This document shows positions 1 through 6,684 of a stretch of DNA of 44,830 nucleotides, in pieces. The notes under the pieces were generated by a model, which saw nothing but the letters and a program-made list of their open reading frames with translations, was not told the origin of the DNA and ran no database searches. Within the stretch, counting starts at the first letter, position 1. Each line of letters starts with the position of its first letter. A program made the translations under genes and the position numbers. Source of the stretch: Candidatus Dojkabacteria bacterium (GTDB lineage Bacteria; Patescibacteriota; Dojkabacteria; JAHIVN01); assembly GCA_028696515.1 (NCBI GenBank), contig JAQVGX010000002.1:1-44830 (forward strand). Direction: 5' to 3'.

Positions 1-335
1 TTATCTAGCAAAATATCTTCAAAATTTGTCCCCCTATAATTGGCAACTTTTTTAGTATCACTTCCCTTAAGTTTTGCCTCCACCTTACCATCACAGATGG
101 TAAATTCTTCAACTTTTCCAGCCTCAGCGTCTGCATAAAGTTCAGATATACCTACCGATTCTACTTCATCGCTGGAGAAAAACCGAAAGAAACTGCTTCC
201 CAAGACTGCCAAGATCAGTAGCACAGGTAAGATATAACTAAACACGCTTCGTCTTTTAGGACTAAATCTTTGAATATTCGATCTGTTCTGACCGCCTGAT
301 ACTTTTTCCTGCTCATTGTGTTCTGTAGAATCCAT
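1..335 (-). CDS. Partial CDS (5' end only, runs off the left edge): membrane-anchored protein resembling an FtsH N-terminus
   Basis: ATG at 335..333 on the minus strand, with the frame open to position 1. It is absent from the ORF track because there is no stop. Translation: MDSTEHNEQEKVSGGQNRSNIQRFSPKRRSVFSYILPVLLILAVLGSSFF...GISELYADAEAGKVEEFTICDGKVEAKLKGS. The layout is a basic stretch, one TM helix, then an extracytoplasmic segment, as in FtsH N-termini. The ATPase and protease parts are not in the window. Confidence 0.45.
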   Translation of the reverse strand, partial: MDSTEHNEQEKVSGGQNRSNIQRFSPKRRSVFSYILPVLLILAVLGSSFFRFFSSDEVESVGISELYADAEAGKVEEFTICDGKVEAKLKGSDTKKVANYRGTNFEDILLD

Positions 336-372
336 GTTAAAAAGAAATAAACTAAAATTTGATCTATCTGAG

Positions 373-446
373 TACCAAGGGCGAGATTCGAACTCGCGAC
401 CCCGGGCTTATGAGTCCCGTGCTCTAACCAACTGAGCTACCTTGGT
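373..446 (-). tRNA. tRNA-Met (anticodon CAT), probably elongator
   Basis: Minus-strand cloverleaf ACCAAGG-TA-GCTC-AGTTGGTTA-GAGC-A-CGGGA-CTCATAA-GCCCG-GGGTC-GCGAG-TTCGAAT-CTCGC-CCTTGGT-A. It has a canonical T-loop and D-loop GG and no encoded CCA. The body resembles elongator Met. A lysidine-type tRNA-Ile2 cannot be formally excluded from sequence alone. Confidence 0.85.
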
Positions 447-576
447 ATTTTTTCAATCCTTTCGACTCCCGCAACAATATTATAAAATACCGTAGACGTT
501 ATTTTACTACACAAATTAAAATTTTAAAAATATAAGTGATAGCTGGATAATCCTGAGAGTGTGTAATGTTTTTTAA

Positions 577-648
577 TTGCGGGGATCGGATTCGAACCGA
601 TGACCTCCAGGTTATGAGCCTAGCGAGCTACCACTGCTCCACCCCGCG
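577..648 (-). tRNA. Initiator tRNA-fMet (anticodon CAT)
   Basis: Minus strand: CGCGGGG-TG-GAGC-AGTGGTA-GCTC-G-CTAGG-CTCATAA-CCTGG-AGGTC-ATCGG-TTCGAAT-CCGAT-CCCCGCA-A. The C1xA72 mismatch and the CGCGGGGTGGAGCAG start closely match bacterial initiator tRNA. Confidence 0.9.
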
Positions 649-683
649 TCCTTAACACCGGATAGACTATAACAAAAAGTACA

Positions 684-1118
684 TCAAAAAAGCAAATCGT
701 ACCACTGTTTCCAACTTGGCTTCCTTTCATCCTTTTCCTCCATTTTATCGTTCTCATAATTTGGAACCTCCCCTTCTTCTATCAGCACCAATCTCTGATC
801 TGGAAATACTAGATTCAATTCCTCCCTGGCTTTTATATCGACATATTCTTTACTTGAGTAATACTTCAAGTCTTCCTTTAACTCATAATTCTCTTCGTAA
901 AGAGCTTCTAGACGAGCACGCTCCTCTTGAATGATATCATACCTCTCTTGGCCTCTCTTAATAATTCTAAAAATATTTGCCCCAAGAAGAAGAATACTTA
1001 AAAAGCAAATTAAAGTAAATATCCAGTAAGCCCAATTAATTTGCAGAGTGAAGGACTTCCTCACCAATCTCTTAAATAATTTACCAAGTCTGTACTCTAT
1101 TTTCTTTAGAATAAACAC
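684..1118 (-). CDS. FtsB/DivIC-family septum formation initiator-like protein
   Basis: One TM helix (WAYWIFTLICFLSILLLGANIF), then a coiled coil (ERARLEALYEENYELKEDLKY), then the family-typical KEYVDIKAREELNLVFPDQRLVLI segment. Confidence 0.65.
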   Translation of the reverse strand: MFILKKIEYRLGKLFKRLVRKSFTLQINWAYWIFTLICFLSILLLGANIFRIIKRGQERYDIIQEERARLEALYEENYELKEDLKYYSSKEYVDIKAREELNLVFPDQRLVLIEEGEVPNYENDKMEEKDERKPSWKQWYDLLF

Positions 1119-1218
1119 AGACTACTCCTTTCAAAATTATTACTTTAACAAAATCCTTACATGATGAATTTATGTATATGTATAATAAATCGTTCGTGTT
1201 ATATTTTCAACCAATACA

Positions 1219-1248
1219 TTGACATCATTCTTTGGTCAATGATAGAAT
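1219..1248 (+). promoter_or_regulatory. Candidate sigma70-type promoter for the recombinase gene
   Basis: TTGACA (1219..1224), an 18-nt spacer ending in TG-a, then TAGAAT (1243..1248), 33 nt upstream of the ATG at 1281. Confidence 0.4.
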
Positions 1249-1280
1249 AAAGTAATCCTCTAGTTTTTAAAGAACTGATT

Positions 1281-2165
1281 ATGAATTTATCAGATGCACA
1301 AAATGCTTTTATAAGCTATCTCAAAGATCAGAAAAGATCGGAATCTACAATTACAGCATATTCTAAAGACATACAACAACTTTCAGATTTTATTGGGTCA
1401 ATAGAAAATATCGAAGATGTTGATCTTATCACATCAGAACACCTAAACAACTTTGTCGCTGCCATCAAGTCCGATAAGAAGTGTAATTACACACTAAAAA
1501 CTGTTTCAAGAAAGATAAACAGCATGAAGACTTTTTTCAAATTTCTATTTGCCACACAGAAAACAAAGACTGATCCAGCCTTGTCTGTCGGTCACCCCAA
1601 ATACAAAACCTTACCTCCCAGAGTACTAACAAGACTAGAATACAGAGCACTTCGTGATGTTGCAAGAACAAATGTACGACTCTATACAATTGTTGAAATT
1701 TTGCTTCAAACCGGAATTCGTATAGGCGAATTGGCCAGACTAACTCTAGATGACCTGAAAATTGATGACAACAAGAAGTTCTTAAATATCGAAGCCTATG
1801 GCAGCAATGAAAAAAGAACAGTTGAGATAAACGAAATAGCACTGGAAGCAATAAAAAATTATCTTCAAATCAGGCCACAAACTAAAGCTAAGGTTGATTC
1901 ATTATTTGTCACAAAAACCGGAAATGCTTTGCTGGTAAGAAATATCAGAACAAGTATTTCCCGAGCTTTCGCAAAGGCTGGTATAAAATCAGCAACAGTA
2001 AATGACATTAGAAATACCTTCATTGTTCATCAGCTTAAGAATGGGATGACAGTTGAAACTATAGGAGAAGTAGTCGGACATAAAAGATTAACAAGTACAA
2101 AAAAATATCTGCAATTTATAACAGAAAAACCCAAGAGGAAGTCAACTAAAATTGTTCCCCTTTAG
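1281..2165 (+). CDS. Tyrosine recombinase, XerC/XerD-like
   Basis: N-terminal SAM-like core-binding domain (AFISYLKDQKRSESTITAYSKDIQQL). Box I is TGIRIGELARLTLDDL. Box II is NDIRNTFIVHQLKNGMTVETIGEVVGHKRLTSTKKY, with the Arg, the His/Trp position and the Tyr nucleophile in place. The HxxR His is replaced by Asn. Confidence 0.85.
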   Translation: MNLSDAQNAFISYLKDQKRSESTITAYSKDIQQLSDFIGSIENIEDVDLITSEHLNNFVAAIKSDKKCNYTLKTVSRKINSMKTFFKFLFATQKTKTDPALSVGHPKYKTLPPRVLTRLEYRALRDVARTNVRLYTIVEILLQTGIRIGELARLTLDDLKIDDNKKFLNIEAYGSNEKRTVEINEIALEAIKNYLQIRPQTKAKVDSLFVTKTGNALLVRNIRTSISRAFAKAGIKSATVNDIRNTFIVHQLKNGMTVETIGEVVGHKRLTSTKKYLQFITEKPKRKSTKIVPL

Positions 2166-2230
2166 TAACTACTTTATAATTTCCTTGAACCTTGAACTTT
2201 TTGCATATTCGGAATAAAATATGAAACTGC

Positions 2231-2307
2231 GGGCTAGTAGCTCAGTTGGTAAGAGCGCGGTTCTTATAAAGCCGAGGTCGGTGGTTCGATTCCACCCTAG
2301 CCCACCA
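2231..2307 (+). tRNA. tRNA-Ile (anticodon TAT), CCA encoded
   Basis: GGGCTAG-TA-GCTC-AGTTGGTAA-GAGC-G-CGGTT-CTTATAA-AGCCG-AGGTC-GGTGG-TTCGATT-CCACC-CTAGCCC-A-CCA. The body closely resembles bacterial tRNA-Ile(GAT) (GGGC..TAGCTCAG..GAGCGC..GGTCGGTGGTTC..GCCCACCA). The 7-nt anticodon loop reads C-T-TAT-A-A. Confidence 0.85.
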
Positions 2308-2591
2308 TAAAGCAGAACAAGTTCGCTTCAGAAGAAAAAACCCACAAACCCATTTCTGATTTATAACCGGCTAGTGAATTTGTCCTACTTCACCACAAGA
2401 CGATCCATTTACGAATGATGAAAAGGCTGAAGTGATCAGATCTATGATCGAAGAGTACAGATTCTTCAAAACCTCAATGTAGAAAAATAGTTAAAGCCAA
2501 AAAGTCCTCATTTCGTAAAGGCTTTTTCAAATATTCTATGGGATATTTATTTTCTTAGCTCCCTTTCTATTCTGGATTTACTCCACCCTTC

Positions 2592-3023
2592 TCAATGGCA
2601 ATTCTTTATGTTTTTTCTAATCAACTTAACAAATTCACAGTTTCTGGCAAGTTTTAAGTTTAAACATAATCCATCATTAAGATCAATGCTAATGCTTCTT
2701 TTGTCAGGTTTGACTGATTTTATAGATGACATGGGAATTTTGTGATACAAGTTAGAATTTTTTCCCAAGATTCTAAAAATGCCTCTTAGCTGAATAATCA
2801 ATTCTTTATCGTATAGTTGCACCAAGAGAACACTTCCAAATCCACCTATTCTAGTTAACAAACTTTTCATAGAATGCCCTGATGCATATTTCTCTTCAAA
2901 CAGAAGAATAGAATCATTATCAGGTTTCAATCTAGGAGTTAACAACAATTTTAGCATCAATAATATGAGAAAAATGAGAACTGCTAGGAAGAGATACTCA
3001 TCTATAAGCTTTAAGATTGTCAT
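2592..3023 (-). CDS. Hypothetical single-pass membrane protein
   Basis: 143-aa ORF with an N-terminal TM helix (YLFLAVLIFLILLMLKLLL), 53 nt downstream of the T4CP-like gene on the same strand. I recognise no family. Confidence 0.45.
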   Translation of the reverse strand: MTILKLIDEYLFLAVLIFLILLMLKLLLTPRLKPDNDSILLFEEKYASGHSMKSLLTRIGGFGSVLLVQLYDKELIIQLRGIFRILGKNSNLYHKIPMSSIKSVKPDKRSISIDLNDGLCLNLKLARNCEFVKLIRKNIKNCH

Positions 3024-3076
3024 TGAGAGTTACTGTAAAGTTACGGCGTGTTCTTCTCTTCAGTTAGAAAGTATAA

Positions 3077-5545
3077 TTATCTCATCTTGGGTCCGGCAGG
3101 GTTAAAAGCAGGAGGGGGAGGGAATCCACCTCCAAAGCCGCTCATTCCCGGTGTCTTCGCATTATATTCCTCACCTAGCTCTGCTCTCTGAGCTATTTCG
3201 GTTTCTACTATACCGACGTCTCTTCCATATTTCAGCCTTGAAAGCTCCTTTACCGTCTGTGCAACTTCAAAATCAGCCTTTGGAAGTCCAAATGGCGCAT
3301 TCTTTAGATGAGTGTATAATGAGAAAGGTGGAGGATATTCTCCATCAACCAGCAACTTCACATACGCATTTACAGCTTCTAAATTTATAAGATCATTCTG
3401 ATCAAATATTGGAGAAAATTCGTTCTGAAGATATTGAGAATCATTTACACCCACCTTAAAGCTTATAATTGTACCAACGTTACCGAAAACAGCATCTCTA
3501 ATTCTCTCATCTATCTGGGAAATATACTGATTACCAACAATCAGATTCAGCCTGTACTTTCTTGCCTCCGACAAGATCTGTGAAAAGTCATCTGTTGCGA
3601 AGTTCTGGAACTCATCAACATATAGATAGAAATCACGTCTTTGTTCTTCCGGCATATCCGCCCTGCTCATAGCGGCAGACAGAATTTTAGGAACAAGCAA
3701 AAGACCTAGAAACTGAGAGTTCTCCTCCCCAACAATACCTTTGGAAAGATTGACTATCAAAATCTTGCCCTCATCCATTATCTTACGAACATTGAAGCTG
3801 GATTCACTTTGACCTATGATATTTCGCATAAGTTTGTTAGTTACAAAACGATCAAATTTCGATACTATATATCCCAGAACCTCACTTTTATGGAAATCGC
3901 TTGTTTGAGCGATCTCATCAGTCCAGTACCTCTTTACAATATCATCCTTAACCATTGGCAGTTTTCTCTTAACAAATTGAGGATCAGTTAAGATTCTCAT
4001 CACTTCTATCAAGGTATTACCTTTCTCTGACATAGTTGTCAACATAGCATTTCTAACTGCTCTTTCAAATCTTGGACCTACTATACCCTGCCTATTCGGA
4101 TCGAACATTTTATACATAAGCCCGATAAATGAGTTCACTATTCTGTGCTTATCCTGTTCATCAAAGAAGTCGGTTATGTTAAATCCGATAGGCCTTTCAG
4201 TGTCGCCTGGGTTAAAGTAGATAACATCCTCTGAACGCTCCGGGGGAATTCTTTCTATCAACCACTCGGCAGGATCGCCATGAGGATCCAGAAAGGCTAT
4301 TCCCTTGCCGTTCATAATATCCTGAAGCGCCATACTCTGAAGCAAGTATGATTTTCCCATACCAGTTTTCCCAACAACATACATATGCTTTCTTCTGTCA
4401 TCTTCTTTTATGCACACATCACGTGAAATTCCTCTGAAAATAGACTGACCCAACCACAAGCCTTTCGTAGGGACCTCTTGAGAGGCCGGGGCTCGTTTTG
4501 AGAGCAACCAGTGTATATGCGGAGTCTGGATATTTTTATTAGGGAAGTGATAAACTGTTGCCAATTCTTCAGTATTTAGTATGTTTTCTCCCTTGGGTAT
4601 CCTGTATATAAAGTTTCTAACAAACTGCTTACCTTTCCCCTTACCGGCACTTTTTTTGACAAGAGAGTTACCATGCTGACTTTTAAGAGGTTCAAGTGCA
4701 GCAACAACATTCATCACATGCCTATTTGCAGAATCCTGACTTCTGCCGACAGCTACAATTCTAATATCCGTGAAAAAACCTACCTTGGAACATTTTTTCT
4801 CAACTGCACCTACAATATCTTCAGGAACTGGAGATTTATTTTCCCCATCAGAAGACTGTTTTTTAAGCCCATTTACAAAATTCTTACCTGTTGTCCTCCA
4901 TTTATTCCCTGCTGGAGATATGATTACCTGTATGGCTATTCCCTCTCCTTCTATCATTTTACTAACCGAGTTTGTAATAGAAGAAATCAGATCTACTGAT
5001 AGTTCCTCATATGTTCGGAGTGGTTTGTATTTTTCCGAGTCTTGGGTCAAGGTTGCGTGTGCCACCTTACCAGTCTCCTCGAATATATTGTATTCTTCAC
5101 TATCCCTGATATCAGCTGTTGGATAAGAGGAATGAATCTGCTTTTCGAGCATAGCCCGGAGATCTTCTGGAACACAAACATAGAAACGGATTGTTTCTGG
5201 GAATGCAACCACTTCAAAGCTGATAAAATCTGACACATTGAAATATTTCTTCAGCCCCTTACCTCCTTTTGACAGCCCATACAAAGAGGCAAATAACTGA
5301 TCCATGGCATTGATCTCTACCTCATTGTTATGCGGAACTCTAATTTCAAGCAAAACCATTTTCACGGATCGTTTTTCATATGCACGGTCACGCATTTTTT
5401 TCAAGAATTTGATGGCGAACCAAGCACCAATGGCAGATGAGACCACAATCAATGCGGATACGAGAAATAAAAGCAAAAGACCCGTACTGCCCTCCCCAGC
5501 TGAGGAGGAACCGTTTACACTTTGAGCATATACTTCTTGAATCAT
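3077..5545 (-). CDS. VirD4/TraG/TraD-type (type IV coupling protein-like) ATPase with an unassigned ~340-aa N-terminal domain
   Basis: 822 aa with an N-terminal TM helix (LLLLFLVSALIVVSSAIGAWFAIKFL). Walker A is HMYVVGKTGMGKSY at about residue 390, followed by IAFLDPHGD. Walker B and the TraG-D_C-like block read FYLYVDEFQNFATDDFSQILSEARKYRLNLIVGNQYISQI..FGNVGTIISFKVG. The C-tail is Gly/Pro-rich. Confidence 0.75.
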   Translation of the reverse strand: MIQEVYAQSVNGSSSAGEGSTGLLLLFLVSALIVVSSAIGAWFAIKFLKKMRDRAYEKRSVKMVLLEIRVPHNNEVEINAMDQLFASLYGLSKGGKGLKKYFNVSDFISFEVVAFPETIRFYVCVPEDLRAMLEKQIHSSYPTADIRDSEEYNIFEETGKVAHATLTQDSEKYKPLRTYEELSVDLISSITNSVSKMIEGEGIAIQVIISPAGNKWRTTGKNFVNGLKKQSSDGENKSPVPEDIVGAVEKKCSKVGFFTDIRIVAVGRSQDSANRHVMNVVAALEPLKSQHGNSLVKKSAGKGKGKQFVRNFIYRIPKGENILNTEELATVYHFPNKNIQTPHIHWLLSKRAPASQEVPTKGLWLGQSIFRGISRDVCIKEDDRRKHMYVVGKTGMGKSYLLQSMALQDIMNGKGIAFLDPHGDPAEWLIERIPPERSEDVIYFNPGDTERPIGFNITDFFDEQDKHRIVNSFIGLMYKMFDPNRQGIVGPRFERAVRNAMLTTMSEKGNTLIEVMRILTDPQFVKRKLPMVKDDIVKRYWTDEIAQTSDFHKSEVLGYIVSKFDRFVTNKLMRNIIGQSESSFNVRKIMDEGKILIVNLSKGIVGEENSQFLGLLLVPKILSAAMSRADMPEEQRRDFYLYVDEFQNFATDDFSQILSEARKYRLNLIVGNQYISQIDERIRDAVFGNVGTIISFKVGVNDSQYLQNEFSPIFDQNDLINLEAVNAYVKLLVDGEYPPPFSLYTHLKNAPFGLPKADFEVAQTVKELSRLKYGRDVGIVETEIAQRAELGEEYNAKTPGMSGFGGGFPPPPAFNPAGPKMR

Positions 5546-5588
5546 TTATCGATAACTCAAAAAAACGAATTTTCGTCTTTCAAAATAG

Positions 5589-6143
5589 TTAGTCTCCTGG
5601 CTGTACTCCAGTGGGACTTCCCATACGAAGTAATCTCCCAACAAGAACCAATAACCATGTCTTTGCCAAGGTTACATCACCAATAGCTGCCGCACTTGGG
5701 TATTTCTTCCCCATGTCTGCAACTTGATCAGATACCTTATAACCATATACCTTAAGAGGATTTTCAAATTTGGTTAAATTGGGAATTACCTTCGGGGCAT
5801 CTATCTTTCCAGCCTCCTGAGGTCTCATTTGTTCCTGTGCAACTTCCTGGGATTCGGCAGTATTTTCCACCTCCCCTACTTTATCAGGCTTGCTGACGAC
5901 TTCTGTTCCTGCTTCGATTTTGGCTGGCATTTCTGGCGAAGGAGAAGGACTAACTCCTGCAGGATTTAGTCCTCCACCATCTTGCACCGCCTGATTGACC
6001 TGGAATGATGATACTGATCCTCCTGGTGAAACAGGCTCCAATGGTACAGACCCCTGTGCAGAATATGGTTGCGCTAAATACGGTTGTGTAGCACCCCCAT
6101 TGTCACCATTTCCTGTTTGATTGTTAGCTACATTTGAATCCAT
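5589..6143 (-). CDS. Hypothetical protein, low-complexity P/G/S/Q-rich N-half with a short conserved-looking C-terminal segment
   Basis: 184-aa ORF starting at ATG, locally GC-rich, immediately upstream of and co-directional with the T4CP-like gene (43-nt gap). The C-terminal part is PKVIPNLTKFENPLKVYGYKVSDQVADMGKKYPSAAAIGDVTLAKTWLLVLVGRLL. No family recognised. Confidence 0.45.
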   Translation of the reverse strand: MDSNVANNQTGNGDNGGATQPYLAQPYSAQGSVPLEPVSPGGSVSSFQVNQAVQDGGGLNPAGVSPSPSPEMPAKIEAGTEVVSKPDKVGEVENTAESQEVAQEQMRPQEAGKIDAPKVIPNLTKFENPLKVYGYKVSDQVADMGKKYPSAAAIGDVTLAKTWLLVLVGRLLRMGSPTGVQPGD

Positions 6144-6207
6144 AGTATGAGTAGTTAGGCTGCAATTCTAACATGGTAAACTCTATATAAGCAACAAAGG
6201 TTCCCAA

Positions 6208-6684
6208 CTAGAAACTTACCCGTCCTGAGAGCTCAGTCTCCAACTGTCTCTTGAGATCTTTCTCTTTTAACTTAGATCTTTTGTCAATTTTTCTCCGCCC
6301 TTTCCCTGTACCAATTCTGACCTTTATCATTTTACCCGCAGGATATATTTCCAACGGAATTATTGACATATTCTTTGCATCCTGAGCTATCAACAACTCC
6401 TTTAACTCCTTTTTATTCATGAGTAACTTTCTTTCTCGTCGAGGATTATATTCTTTTACAAAAGCATGGCCATATAAAGGAATGTACATATTTATCAGCC
6501 AAGCCTCGAAATTCTTTATCCGTATAAAACTATCTTTTAAATTGGCGCTGCCCTGACGGATAGATTTCACCTCGTACCCCTTTAGCAGAATACCTGCTGT
6601 ATACTTTTTACCAATCTCGTAATCAAAAAAAGCTTTTTTATTTCGTGCATATGTCTGTTTACTCGTATTGTCCGGCTTTTTCAT
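6208..6684 (-). CDS. smpB: SsrA-binding protein SmpB
   Basis: ARNKKAFFDYEI...GILLKGYEVKSIRQGSANLKDSFIRI...EAWLINMYIPLY...YNPRRERKLLMNKKEL is the canonical SmpB signature, with a basic C-tail. The gene ends in TAG. Confidence 0.92.
   Translation of the reverse strand: MKKPDNTSKQTYARNKKAFFDYEIGKKYTAGILLKGYEVKSIRQGSANLKDSFIRIKNFEAWLINMYIPLYGHAFVKEYNPRRERKLLMNKKELKELLIAQDAKNMSIIPLEIYPAGKMIKVRIGTGKGRRKIDKRSKLKEKDLKRQLETELSGRVSF

Noticed and set aside
2308-2591. Searched for an att-type partial duplicate of the tRNA-Ile 3' end, or other integrative-element boundaries near the recombinase
   Set aside because: I spotted no second copy of ggttcgattccaccctagccca anywhere in the window, so there is no evidence here for an element integrated at this tRNA.
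6144-6207. Looked for tmRNA (ssrA) next to smpB
   Set aside because: The flanking gaps are only tens of nt. No GGGGCTGA-type 5' end, alanine-rich tag ORF or tRNA-like T-arm/ACCA 3' end was seen here. The structured region at 38.9-39.3 kb also lacks these features.
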